Positions 38,712-51,830 of a stretch of DNA of 64,000 nucleotides are shown here, one piece after another. Source of the DNA: Vairimorpha necatrix (taxonomy: Eukaryota); contig CP142733.1 of assembly GCA_036630325.1 (NCBI GenBank), positions 930,001 through 994,000 of the forward strand, read 5' to 3'. The notes under the pieces were generated by a model. The model did not search any database and had not been told where the DNA came from. It was given only the letters and a program-made list of their open reading frames with translations. Position 1 is the stretch's first letter. Each line of letters begins with the position of its first letter. The translations under genes were made by a program, and so were the position numbers.

Positions 38712-39611
38712 ATGTTTCTATATATTTTATTTATATTTAGCTCAGAACCATGTCAAGATACATGTTTCGAAACATTTCATAAACAAATAGTCCCAGTTGA
38801 AAATAACTTTGAGACGAATAGTTTTAACCAATATACTAACTTAAATACAACTACAGATTTAAACGAACAGGAATTTTTCTATCAAAGTCAATATATTACC
38901 TCAGTAGAGCCTTTAATTTTAGAGCCTAAATGCAATTATTTACATGAAATACAAAATTTTGTTTTATATATGAAATCAAATCATCTTCAATTAGAAAACT
39001 CGAATATACAAGAAAATACAAATGAATCTTATCTTAAGTCTGTAACTTTTAATAATGCATTCGAGATATGGCAAAATGAATATTATGAGACAAGTATAAA
39101 CACAAATAAGCATTTATCTAAACAAAATTTGAAAAAATATAAAAAATATTCTGATGCGATTAGAATTTTTGAAAATAATTTTAAAAAAATACATGATCCG
39201 TTTTTACCCACAATTAAAAAAGAGGTTGAATCTTCTTCTATAAACACAATGTCTAAATCCTTAATTTTAGAAAACTTAGAAATAATTTCTCGTACGATGG
39301 AATATTTTGCAAGACTAAAGCCAAGATATTTAAAATACACTTATAATACCGAGACAATGATATTATATCATACGTTGGCTTTAGAAAGGTTTCCATATTT
39401 ATTTGATTATTTCGCTTTATGTAAAAGATTTTTAAATTTGTATGAAATGATCATTGAGGTATACAATTTTATTCCTAATCAATATATGTTACACCGAACA
39501 TTATATGATATGTCAAAAAATTTGACATGTGTATTCAAAAAAAAACATGCATTTTATGCGGCTACACAAAATATGATAACGCTGCTTCAAGAACTTAATT
39601 CATCAAAATAA
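38712..39611 (+). CDS. Secreted paralog family member
   Basis: GCCC-ATAT-ATG start; MFLYILFIFSS; RFPYLFDYF. Close paralog of 41307. Confidence 0.88.
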   Translation: MFLYILFIFSSEPCQDTCFETFHKQIVPVENNFETNSFNQYTNLNTTTDLNEQEFFYQSQYITSVEPLILEPKCNYLHEIQNFVLYMKSNHLQLENSNIQENTNESYLKSVTFNNAFEIWQNEYYETSINTNKHLSKQNLKKYKKYSDAIRIFENNFKKIHDPFLPTIKKEVESSSINTMSKSLILENLEIISRTMEYFARLKPRYLKYTYNTETMILYHTLALERFPYLFDYFALCKRFLNLYEMIIEVYNFIPNQYMLHRTLYDMSKNLTCVFKKKHAFYAATQNMITLLQELNSSK

Positions 39612-40164
39612 AGATCATTTTATAAGTAATTTAAGTTTTTTTTTTTCATTAGGGCATTTGTTGTAAATGCTTGAGTGCATTCTAAGTTTAACAATAAAAA
39701 TATTAAATTCATATTTAGCTGTTTTTCTATTAATTACTTATGTTATATAAATATAGTTATAAAATGTTTAAGTAAATTGTTTAATATTTGGTTATTTTTT
39801 TATTACATAAAAAACAGAGCCAAATTTATTTCGATAATTTAATATCACTCTATACAATTTACGAATAGGTTAATTAGATTTTTATAATAAAAATAAACTT
39901 TATTCTACGGTTATAATAACATATCAAAAGTCGAAATATCAATTTTTAAATTAAAGCCAAAAATACCAAAGGTAATTTTAGGTAATTTTTATAAATAAAA
40001 AATTTTTAAGTTTTTTACTCAATGAGAAAATATTTGTGATATAAAAATTGTAATCTTGTTTGCTTATAAGTGTTATAATAAGACAATATGAAATAACAAT
40101 ATAAATATTAGAATGTTAATTTTCATTTAAAGCAGGATTTTTTCACTTCTTATGTCTCTATATC

Positions 40165-40372
40165 AGTCTTAATATGCATCTCTTTGTGAGTAGAGATGAT
40201 TAGAATCTTTGATCTCGTCTTTCACCATCACATCTGAGATCTCTGTATCGTCTATATTTTAAGAATAACTTTCAAATGTTTTTTAGAACGAGATTTTGAA
40301 TTTTGTTTCTACGAATGTTGGTTTATCAAGCCTTCTTCGGTGCATTTTATTTATTTGAACCACGACGTCCTA
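40165..40372 (-). mobile_element. Degraded non-LTR retrotransposon 3' fragment
   Basis: Minus strand DVVV...HRRRL...VE...KTFES...YRR matches the KSYTTRLGIPKKVEAYIQ..KKTLESISLDYRR segment at 47.7 kb. Confidence 0.5.
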
Positions 40373-41306
40373 TGTTTATACACACGGAATAATTTTACAT
40401 TTAAAGCAATACATCAGAAACATTTTATTGTTAAGAATATCATAGTTTCAAAGTTTTAAACTGCTTGAAATTTTCAATCGAGGTAACAAATAGCGATTAT
40501 GAGTATTTCTCTTTAAGAGTTAAATATTTATAAAATACTTAACATAATATCATAAGACATTAGAAAATTGTTTATATAAACGATGTTGTATTATATTTAA
40601 GGTTTCAATGAACACAAAGTGGTTATGTTTTAAATTTATTTAAAAAATAAATTTTTGAAATACAAATATTCTAGATATTATTACAAATGTTATTAGCAAT
40701 ATAAAAAACTGTTTTAAACATGTTTATAAAGCCAAAGATTGATCACATATTTAAATAAACATTATAGATTAGCAAATACATATTTATTTAAGCACTTATA
40801 TTAATTAATTAAAAAAAAATATTATTATGAATTTTTTACATAAAATGGCCAAATTAAATTTTTTAGTAATTTGTAATATTTTGTGTAAATTTATATTTAA
40901 CACTCCACATTTTCGAAATTTCACAAGTTTAAACGATAAAACATATTAATACAGTTTTATTTTTTTATAAATAAATAACATAAAAATTAGTCTTAGCTTA
41001 AATAATTGATGATGACTAGTTATAGAGATGTCCACAGAAATAATTCAAAAAAAAAATTTTATATTTTAAGTGTAGAAAAATGAAAATTGTAAACCGAAAT
41101 AAGTAAAATTTTAAATTTTGAAGTAATAAATTACAATGAAGTATTCCTATGCATTTAAGTTTAAACTATTGAAAATGAAATTAAGGTTGTTAAAAAAAAA
41201 CTTATATATTAAATGTTGACATTTATTTTTTATTCTTCGCCTATGACAATAATATAGAAAATATTTTTTTTATTAATATAAATATTGTTATTTTTGCGAC
41301 CCATAC

Positions 41307-42207
41307 ATGTTTCAATACATTTTTTTTGATATTCAGCTCAGAACACTCTCAAGATAAATATTTTGAACCATTAAATCAACAAATAGTTTTATATGATAAT
41401 AACGTAGAGAATAATGGTTTTAATCATTATGATACATCAAACACATCGACAGACTTAAACGAAGAATCATCATATTCCCAAAGAGAGAATCCAACAGCAT
41501 CGGATAATTTAGTATTACAATCAGAACGTAATCATGTCATTAGAATAGTGCGTTTTGTTAAATATATGAAAAAGAAACATCTTTATATAAAGACCTCTAA
41601 AATACATACAAATATCTTAGAATGTTATCATAAGTCTGTGACTTTTAACAATGCATTTGCGATATGGCAAAATGAACACTACGAGACGTTTCCTATCAAG
41701 GTTAAAAAATTTTCCGATCAAGATTTAAAAAAATATAATAAATATTACAAAACGATTAGAATTTTTGAAAACAATTTTAGGAGGATAAATGATCTGTTTT
41801 TGCCTACAATTAAAAATGAGGTGGAATCTTCATCTATTAATACGAAGTCCAAATCCTTATTTATAGAAAATTTAGATAAAATTTCTAGTACGATGTCATA
41901 TTTTGTAAAACTCAAGCCTAAAAATTTAAAATACAATATTAATATCGACACATTAATATTATATCATAAATTAGTTTTAGAAAGGTTTCCTTATCTATTT
42001 GATTATTTCGAATTGTGTAAAAGATTTGTAAATATGTATGAATTGATCATTGAGAAAAACGAAATCCTCGCTAATGAATGTATGATGATTCGAACTTTAT
42101 ATGATATGTCCAAAAATTTGACATACATTTTCAAAAAAAAGTATGCGTTTTTATCGGCTACACAAAATATTTTAACATTACTTAGAGATCATAAATCAGC
42201 TAATTAA
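41307..42207 (+). pseudogene. Secreted paralog family member with a +1 frameshift in a T8 run (possibly an intact gene with a sequencing error)
   Basis: CCC-ATAC-ATG at 41307 encodes MFQYIF. T8 at 41320-41327 is one T too long to join the open frame 41326-42207, which is otherwise intact. Confidence 0.75.
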
Positions 42208-43339
42208 ATAATTTCTGTGTTTTTATTTTATTATAAGTATTAGAAAAATTTGTTTTTATTTTTTGAGTGGATGTCTAAGTTTCACATTAAAAAAAAATAG
42301 TTATAGAATTTTGAAGTAAATTGTTTAATGTTTTTTATCTGAAATTATACAAAGACATATTTATTCCGTTTATAATATTACTGTTCATTACAATTTACAA
42401 CTATATTAATAAGATTTTATAATAAAAATGAACCTAAGTTTAACATTCTCAATATATACATTTAATTCGAAATTTCTAATATTCAAATATAAATGAAATT
42501 ATCGAAAAAGTACATTAGTCATGTGATATAATGAACCATACCACTTGATATATAAATACCCAATAAAAACTCAAACGTTGATGCTTTTTCGATACGATCA
42601 ATTTTGGCCAGGGCTATCTAATTTCCTTCTATTGGGTACTATGTAAATTAAAGTAGAAATTCCTTGAAAAATATGGTACATCACTCGAACACTAAGAGAC
42701 ATTCTTCCTTTATAATTCAGATAATCCAAATTCTAATTAATACAATAAACAATATATTCATTTAATCTGTCTAAAATCGGTTTTCACGACACCCAAAACC
42801 GTAGCATTATTGAATGGTTTGCCACTGACAAGTTTGGCGGTAAACACGTCAGATCATCATATATATAAAAGAATTTTATTTAATTTTTTACCCCTCTTTA
42901 TTGTGGTTTTGGAATTTCTAAACGATATGTTCTGCACTTATTATGTTACTATAATAGTGTTTTTAGATTTAATGTTTCAATTTGATAATTAAAGATGCGT
43001 ATACTATATGTTAATACTTTTTCGTTTTAATTATTATTTCTGTACAACTCAGTTCCAAAATATCGTCAGAATTGTTTTTTAGAATTTATTTAACCCTTCT
43101 AGAAAAAATTCACAAAAACATTAACCAAAGAAAAAGTTGAATATAGGTGTCAAAATTTGAGCTTAGAAATTCCCAGAATCATTTCAATGAGACTCATAAA
43201 TGTTTTTAACTAAACTTTACTCCTTATATGTTACTAAAAAGTATTTTTAAAAACGTACAATTTCTTTTCTTATTCAAACAAAAAATGGAAGATCAAAAAA
43301 ACAAAGGAGGAAGTAAATGCCACAAACAAAATAAATAAA

Positions 43340-43371
43340 TCCCGTTTTCAAAACGGGAAAGCATACGCTAG
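43340..43371 (+). mobile_element. Probable Helitron 3' terminus
   Basis: Hairpin TCCCGTTTT-C-AAAACGGGA, then 9 nt, then CTAG followed by T. Confidence 0.5.
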
Positions 43372-44685
43372 TTTTTTTATAAGAAAAAATTTTATGGGGT
43401 TTTAATTATTGAATAAAACTTTTAAACGTAAATTTTTCTATTTTGCTGTCAATTGTAAAAGTATTCTATGTATAGAATTTATTTTTAAGAGTGACTGAGG
43501 TGTTTTCCCGCAATATTTTCTAAAACTCAGTTATAGACATTTATGGTAAAATATATTTTTTTGTATTTATGAAAAACATTTTAATATTAAGAATTTTAGC
43601 TGTATATAACAAGATGATCTAGAAAATATGTCAACGATTTAGATATATTTATATTAGAAATATCAGAATTGATTCTAAAATCAAATTCTTTATCGTTAGA
43701 TACATCAGGATAAGAATACTTTTTTTAATAGGATAGATTTAATTAGATTGTGTTAATGTATTTATATATTTCAGAAATGTTTATTTTCTGTACAGAGTCA
43801 ATTTTAATCAGTATGCTTATACGAACTATATCAAGTTTAAAATAAAAATTAAAAGTTAATGAATTTTGGTAAATATTAATGATCCAATGAATATTTATAG
43901 AATAACTTCCAGTCATATATTTATAGCTAATTTCAACGGTATGAATATAAAAAATCATACAAAAAATATAACTAAGTTTTACTACACCGACAGATAATAT
44001 ATATAGAAAAGTTTCTAGTTTGCTACAATTTATCTGAGTGTTTAATTAGCCTTCAAAGATACCATAAGATAAGATATTTAAAAATATAAATCATATATTA
44101 TGAATCGTGTCTTTTGTGTAAAATTTTTCCACCCAAAATAATATAAAATATCGAAAAAATTCAAAAAAATAAGTAAAATATAAAATTCCAAGATTGGAAC
44201 TTTACAATATTTCTATGTATTTAATTGAACTAGGATTTTTGATAATCTAAATCTTTTTAAAATTATGCTTTAGCCAAACGGAAAAAATATTCCCATGTAA
44301 GAATCATAAACTTTTTTATAATATAAATTACATTCGTGTTTCCTAGATGTTTTGTCAAATTTTATTAACCTTTTCATTAATAATGTCTATTTTGTAGATA
44401 TATTTTCACAATTATAGTTTTGCAGATAGTTGTCAAATCTTTTAATTTTTTAAAAATTATATTATAAGTTTAGATAAATGTAAAAGTTATTTATACACAT
44501 CTTTAAATAATGGATAACTTCTTGGAAAGAGTTTTAGCATTTAAACAAAAATTTATTAATTTGTTAGAAAAAAATAGAAATTGAAAAAACGTAAAAAAAA
44601 AAGCATAATTCATTTATAGGATAATTAGTTATTTATCAACTTTCAATTATATTAAGTATTTATGAAAATTATTTTATACCCACAA

Positions 44686-45579
44686 ATGTTTCAATGTCTT
44701 TTAGTAGTGATAGGTTCGGATATACCAAAAGAGCAAAATATTATTACATGGAGACCATGGGAAACCCAAATAAATACAACGCCGCTAGATCTTACTTTAA
44801 AACCAGTAATAAACGCTCCTTCTAGTTCTCGAATCTCTTCTAAGACCCAAATATCATGTCCCTATACAAAAAAATTAGATAAAATTGAAATTTTAGATAT
44901 CGAATCGAATTTACAAGATAAAATAGAAAATAATTTGTACTATATCAAAGCAAATCATCTTAAAATAAGACAATTTAATGATCGTACTAAATTATTTAAA
45001 GATTTGTTACAAAAATGGTCGGATGAAGTGTTTAATATTAGGTATGATCATTTGGCTTCACATTTTCTAGACGATAAAGCTCAAAAAAAATATAATCGCT
45101 TAAATAACTTGAGCAATAATTGGTTACGTAACTTCAAAGAAATATTGGACTTTTACTTGCCACAAATTAAGATTGAAGTAATGAAGTCATCTATAGCAGA
45201 AATATCTAAAAGTACAATATTTGAAAATATAAAAGATATATCCGATGCTATGAGATATTACGATAATCTTAAGCCTAAAAATTTAAAATATACTAGTAAA
45301 AGTAATTTATTAAAAATTCACTATAAATTGATGATTGATAGATTCCCTTATCTTTTTGACTACTTTAATTTATTTAGAAAATTTATAAGTTTATATGAAA
45401 TGATTATTCCGCTGTATAGTCAAAAAGTATTAATATCTTTAAGAATGATACAAATATTCTATCCAATGTCAATGAACTTAACATATATTGCAAAAAACCG
45501 TGAAAATTTTTATACATATATAAGTTGCATGTTAGAAATGCTTGAAGCTCTTGAGCTTCCTAATGATAAAAAAAATTGA
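44686..45579 (+). CDS. Secreted paralog family member with WRPW and PLDLTLK motifs
   Basis: CCC-ACAA-ATG at 44686; MFQCLLVVIGS; RFPYLFDYFNL; MSMNL. Confidence 0.88.
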   Translation: MFQCLLVVIGSDIPKEQNIITWRPWETQINTTPLDLTLKPVINAPSSSRISSKTQISCPYTKKLDKIEILDIESNLQDKIENNLYYIKANHLKIRQFNDRTKLFKDLLQKWSDEVFNIRYDHLASHFLDDKAQKKYNRLNNLSNNWLRNFKEILDFYLPQIKIEVMKSSIAEISKSTIFENIKDISDAMRYYDNLKPKNLKYTSKSNLLKIHYKLMIDRFPYLFDYFNLFRKFISLYEMIIPLYSQKVLISLRMIQIFYPMSMNLTYIAKNRENFYTYISCMLEMLEALELPNDKKN

Positions 45580-47587
45580 TATCAAAAATGTGTATTTAAG
45601 ATAATGGTATATCGATTTTTTTAAACTATAATTTCTGTATATAAGATTGAATCCTGAGAAATATTTTTTGTATTAAAATATTTTTGTAAAGAATATTGAA
45701 ATAAAACAACAAAATTTATTGTATCTATCTGATAATTATATAAATATAATAGACATACTTTCTCGTTAACATTTATATAAATTTCATTGGTCTGTCTATT
45801 GAAAATTCTTACATATTAGGGCTATTATAATTACTTCACGTCATTTAATTTTAATAAGATCGTATTTAAAGATATTCATATTGGAAATATAAAAAAGTTT
45901 CATTTTTTATATTTAGAATAAAACATTACGTTTGAAAAAAATAGTTATATTTACAAAAAAAAGACACTTAGAGCAGTTGAATCCAATTAAAATTATAAAT
46001 TTTGGGTTAATGTTTTTAAATGTTTCCAAGTTTGTTTAATTCATTAAACAATTTTCTGCAATTTAGCATTTATTTAAAATGTACCTTGAGAAATAGCGGA
46101 ATATTTGAAGCTATAAACTTCAATTATAATAAAATTTTTATTACGACCAGATAGATCCGAAATTTTGTCAAAATGAGATTGTAAATTATATGTGTAATAT
46201 ATATAAAAAAAAAGTTATATCTAGAAGCTTGCTATTATATGTAATCTGGTATGTATTGAACAGACTTCAAAGTTAAGTTTATTTTGGAAATTAAAAGATT
46301 TATGCTCATCTTCTATTTGATTAATAAAAATACCTATTCTTGTTATAAGTTCCACTCATAGATAAACCATGGATCTTATCTATGAGTAGATCTTTCTATT
46401 GATATAAAATATTTGAAATTTCTTTTAAAAATTTTTCAAACCTTACACTTATGAAAAAAAATCTTACACGCTAAAAGAAAAATTAGAATAATTACAAAAA
46501 TTGCGTGAAAAAAATAACAACATAAGTATGACTGCTTTCAAGCGCAGATTACTAGGAAAATTAAAAGGTCATTGTATCAAAGGGGGTTTTCATTAAATTT
46601 TTTACCATTGGCTATGGGAGGATCTCTTCTACTAGTATAAAAATTCCCATTTAAAGGGTCGTAAAATTCGACGTTTGGGGTGGATCTTATAATCCGGAAA
46701 CCTGGTATTATTGATGTTAGAAATTTTTTTTTGGCGATTTAAAATATACATACAGTATTTTGTTTTATAAATGTTAAAACAATAAGAAGAATATCATGTA
46801 TTTTCTTTAGTACAAGATAAGAGCAAACTGTATTTTTACAACCCCCTATTTTAGAATCAAATAAATTAATTAAGTCAAAGCCGACTAAGGGATTTAAAAT
46901 ACATTTATTTATATTTATAGCAACTTTTTTATGTTTCTTTCCTGTTACGATCTTTATAGATATATATTTTTTTTAAAAAAATGATATCACACTTTTACCC
47001 TTCCTCCCAGAAGCTTACTTTTAAAAACGGAAAATCGCTCAATGCCGATAGCATCTTTAAAACAAGATTTAAGGTTTATATCAATACAAATAAATTTTGA
47101 TTAATTATTTATGCTCTTTTTTGAGTTTGTAATCTCAAAACTATATATGTTTAATCAATTTATTATAAAGTAACAACATATACAAACTACTGGTATATTT
47201 TGATATTTATTAATACGTATACTAATTGTTAATATATTTCAATACTAGTTTTTTGTTTTTGTAAACTCAGTTTCAAAAATTCCCATAAATCGCCTAGAAA
47301 TTTATTTGACAACAGCACGAAACATTACATTGATGTTAAATTCTTCTTTTGAAAATCAAGAATTTCATAAATTTTAGTGTGCTTTTAATAACTGATCCAA
47401 GAAAATTTCTATAGGATTTATATTTCATGCGTGTTTAAAATCATAATACTTCTTTTATATTTTTTTCTTTCTTAATTGGAAGACAAATGAAGAAACTACA
47501 TGTTCATATCTTAGCATAAAATATAAAAAAAATCAGTTTATAAAACATGTTGATACACGCAGATTGTTGTGAAATAAATATTTAAAA

Positions 47588-47842
47588 TAAATAAATTTAA
47601 TTAGGGTATGCTTATTGTAGTTTAAATTTTAGTTTAACAGGGGTAGGTTCCGCGTTAGCGTCTCCTGCTTGTATGTAGCTTTGTGGCTTCATAGTTCTTT
47701 CCACATCGGCTTCGTCTCCTCTCCTTCGGTAGTCCAGAGAAATGCTTTCTAGCGTCTTCTTTGGCGCGATCATCTGGATGTATGCTTCTACCTTCTTAGG
47801 GATTCCAAGTCTTGTGGTATATGATTTGTGGAACTTAGTCAC
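47588..47842 (-). mobile_element. 5'-truncated non-LTR retrotransposon insertion with 16-bp TSD
   Basis: TSD AAATAAATATTTAAAA at 47572-47587 and 47843-47858. Encodes VTKFHKSY...EAYIQ...KTLESIS, homologous to the C-terminus at 11.8 kb. Confidence 0.8.
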
Positions 47843-48629
47843 AAATAAATATTTAAAAATTGCATTTTTCATATAAAAATAAATATGAACATCAAAAATA
47901 TTTTTTTCACAAACTAATTAATAGATTTTTAGCACAAGCTGTCTCATCGCTTACTCAACGTGTCTAATATGGTTTTTATTATCAAATATAAAATTTCCCT
48001 TGTACTCTTTCATAACAAGGTGTTGATAAAAATAATTTCTCTATAAATTATTTGCCTCGGCCTACCCAATATCTTAGGATTTGGTGGGATAAATTTGAAC
48101 TATAAATATAAGCATAAAGGAAATTAGCACATTTATAAACACTTTTATTCTCCGTTGTTGTTTTTGATTAGTCGTCGTATTCAAATTGCATTTCAGTCAT
48201 TTGACAATTATGACTTTTTGATTTATATTTATTACTTTTCTACCATCTCTTAGGTTTCAACATGCTGTATGACAGAATATTTTGTTTTTTTAAAATAAAT
48301 TTTTTTTTTGTTTATAAAATAAATTGATATGTATTATTTTAATACAAAAATATTAAAACTTATATTATTAATAATAAAAAGTGTTATTATTAATATGTCA
48401 TGTCTACTTTATTATACGACTTTACTTTAAAACCAAAAAATAAAGATATTGAATTTTATCTGTTGAATCTATATCTTTATATTTATTATATTATGTAGAA
48501 TTGCGAATTATTTGTTTAATATTTTTTATATTAAATAAATATTTTGTAGAAATATAAAAAACGTAGATTTCTTTTTGAAAATGCAAATTTTATAATTTTT
48601 TGTTTATGTTAAATGAAATTGAAAAAATG

Positions 48630-49855
48630 GCAAAAAAAATACTGAAAAAATAATGTGCTAGAAGAAGTTTAATATATTTGCGATGAATATTTAGTCGAAT
48701 GCAAAAATAAATTTTATCATTTGGCTATAAAAAATTTTTTTTAGTATCCAATAAAATGTGTTTGATTTATCTAAGATTTCTATTCCATAAATAACAATCA
48801 AAAACCAAACCAATTATTAAAGATAATAAAAAAACAAATATTGAATTTAATAAACGCATTTACAAATATGGAAAAAAGGCTAGTGAAAATATTATAAATG
48901 ATTTTACAAAAAAAAGCAAGAGCGTTTTTTACTCTGTTTTAGATTAAATATTTTTTTTTTTTCAACATAAAAACTCATTTATGATGAGTCCGAAAGTGGA
49001 TTTTTTTGAGATTCCCCGAGAAGACAAATACGAAACTTATGAGGATAACTTAATTATTTAACATATATACAATCGAATCCTAAAGATAAAGCTCTATAAG
49101 TCGACTTTTTTATGTTTGAAATAAAATTGTTTAATAAATGAATATATGATGCTATGATATGTTTAAGCATATGGGCAATATACATAATAAACATAAGATT
49201 GAAAATTTCATTGCTAAAAGTAAAATAATACGTAATTCGATTGATAAAAAAGGTCACATTTTTATTATTTTAAAACAAATGACGATATTAAAAATATCAA
49301 TGTTATAGAAGAAAGTATCGCTCAGAGAGGATTGGATGATATTAATCCACAAGATTCAACATTCAAAACAGCCAAGAAAACGATCAAATTACTACGTCTG
49401 AAAACGAAAGCATAAGCTCGAATTAAATAATTTTTAAACAACCAAGACAATAATTTAATTATCACGTTAGAAAATGGTGGTAAAATCGAAATAAATAATT
49501 TCAACATAAAAGACAATGTACATATAACACTCAAGAATATATAAGTTTTTAACTAAAAATTATTAATTTAAACACAAAAAAATAATAATATTACCTTGTC
49601 AGAAAGAGATAGTACTAAGTTCGAATTAAAAACGGTTTATGGTATTAATAACACTCAAGAAAATAAAAGATCTTTTATCGAATCAATGAGTTTAACAATA
49701 ATATATAAAGTTCCAAAACGCTAAAGAAAATAATAGAAGCATCATGAAAGGCAATACGACTATATTAGATGAGCTTAGCAAGCTTATGCAACATGATATC
49801 CCTATTTACAACCACGAAAATATAAATGAACCAGGAATACCTTCATATATTTAGA
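48630..49855 (+). pseudogene. Possible decayed protein-coding sequence of unknown family
   Basis: Protein-like stretches (MMSPKVDFFEIPREDKYETYEDN; VIEESIAQRGLDDINPQDSTFKTAK; IPIYNHENINEPGIPSY) broken by stops. No family recognised. Confidence 0.3.
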
Positions 49856-51079
49856 CCAATTTTTTGACTAGGTTTGTGTATTGCACATTTGGTTCTTAAT
49901 TACCTTAGTTTAAATTAAAAATCTTACGATAGTAATTTAAATAATGTACACGAAATAGTTCTATTCTTTTATAATCTCCAATTACATATAAAAAACATCT
50001 TTTTTTCTAAATAAAAACATAATATTAACTGATTTAGATCAAGATGTCTAATTTGAAAGATATAAATAAATAATTACAAAATATAAATCCTAATGATTGT
50101 ATAGCATTCGGAAGTAAATTAATCAACTTTAAAATACTTCAATATGTTTGAGTTAAATTCTTTTGTATAGTTTAAATATAAAATACATTAAAGTATTTTA
50201 ATACATATAGAGAGACAAACGTCGGGCCTCAAACAATCCCATAAAAAAAAAAGATTCAAAATTTAAAAAAAAATTTAATTATTTAATCTTAATCTACATA
50301 ATTATAAAAAATAAGACATATACTTATGTATTTTTTTTGATCTGTTTATTTTTAATTCTGAAAAAATGTATGTAGGGTCAGCGTGGACTCCGAAAACGTA
50401 ATTATATAAAGAAAAAAAACACAAATACAATTCTAAAAAATTGTTGTACATAATAGTGTTAAGCCTAGACATTAAGAAATTTTGTATACTTCTTAGGTTT
50501 CACCTTTCATTCTGTTCTTTAAGTGAATTTATGTTATCGATTATTTTTACGAAAAAAAAGCTATATTTTTGTTTTGATATTATTATCATAGTCTTGTGAT
50601 ATAATGTCGGTCACTAATTAAAAGATTCTATCAGGAGATGGATCTAATAAATAACGATTTATTCTAGCTTATAATTTGAAACGACATTAAAGTTAAGTTT
50701 TTACACCAAAAACATTAAACGCCACATACCTTATATTTCTGTCTCTGAAAATATTTAAATTTCTTCCACTAAAAATTTAAAACTCTTCTAATCCCAGTAT
50801 AACAAAATATAATACTGTGTATATAAAAAATAAGTCAAATATAGACCGCTCTGTAACACTATGTTATTTAAATTGTGATTAATTTCAAATTTAATAGGAT
50901 TTTACAGTCCTCTTTTTAATCTCTAATTTCAGAAGTTTCAAAACCTATAAACACTGTATCATATAAATGGTTCTAAATATTCTCAGTTAAATTTATTCGA
51001 AGTTTTTTATTTGCAAGTTTGACTACGGGTGACGCGGCCTAATGGTTTTTTTTTTATTTTAAAGTTCAAACATCATGTC

Positions 51080-51830
51080 TTGCAATGTATATAAGAACAT
51101 CTTTTCTTTATACCTTGAAGGATTCCAAGTGAAGTTCTCATCTTGTAAAAAAAATTCTAAGTTTTTCAGCCTCTTCTCCGTTTTGCTTTTTATTTAAAAT
51201 GCACAAACAAACTTAGTATACACGCCTATTATAGTTTATATCCAAAAATACCCTTCGTTTTCTTATTTATTTTGTCATTTGTTTTTGTAAATAAATAAGT
51301 CTACAGGTTTATTTGCCGTATTACAAGCCTGACGCTCAATATTTTTTAAAGGTTGCCATTATTTACATGTGACGCATCTTAATAATTTTATTTTGCCTAG
51401 AAAAATAAAAAAAAACTTATCGCATGATGTTTAAACCTGTTAAAGACCCTTGTTGAAACTGATGATTGGCTTTACATTTAACTACCATATATCAAACTGT
51501 TCACTATACAAAACCTTTATGTGCTTATCTTTAACATCACCACTTGTTTATAAGATTCAATCTATACGGATAAAGTTACGTTTTTATCTTGTTATTTTTG
51601 TTACACTGAAACAACCCTATAAACTTCGTCTTGTAATATTAAGACTATATCATTATCATTAACAGATTTTTGGAACTATCAAACACATTATAATGACGTT
51701 AAAAATTGCCTCTATTAATCACATTTCATTTCAAATCGTTGTTTTATATATATATAATCGGTTTATAATTTGCCTCAAGCTTTTGGTGTGCTAACAAGTT
51801 TCTAACGCAACATAGAGGGTTCAAATCGAC
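51080..51830 (-). mobile_element. Highly degraded Ginger/TDD-like integrase remnant
   Basis: Minus-strand fragments RCVTC, NEGYFWI, VYTKFVCAF, KSKT and GILQG parallel NDGYKWLLNVVDSFTKFCWTVPLRDKT...ILHTDNG at 32.2 kb. Confidence 0.45.

Noticed and set aside
48981..49040. Hammerhead-ribozyme-like ATGATGAGTCCGAAAGTGGA...CGAAAC
   Set aside because: The core should be CUGANGA (here AUGAUGA), GAAA does not follow stem II, and there are no convincing stems I or III. The stretch reads better as decayed coding sequence.
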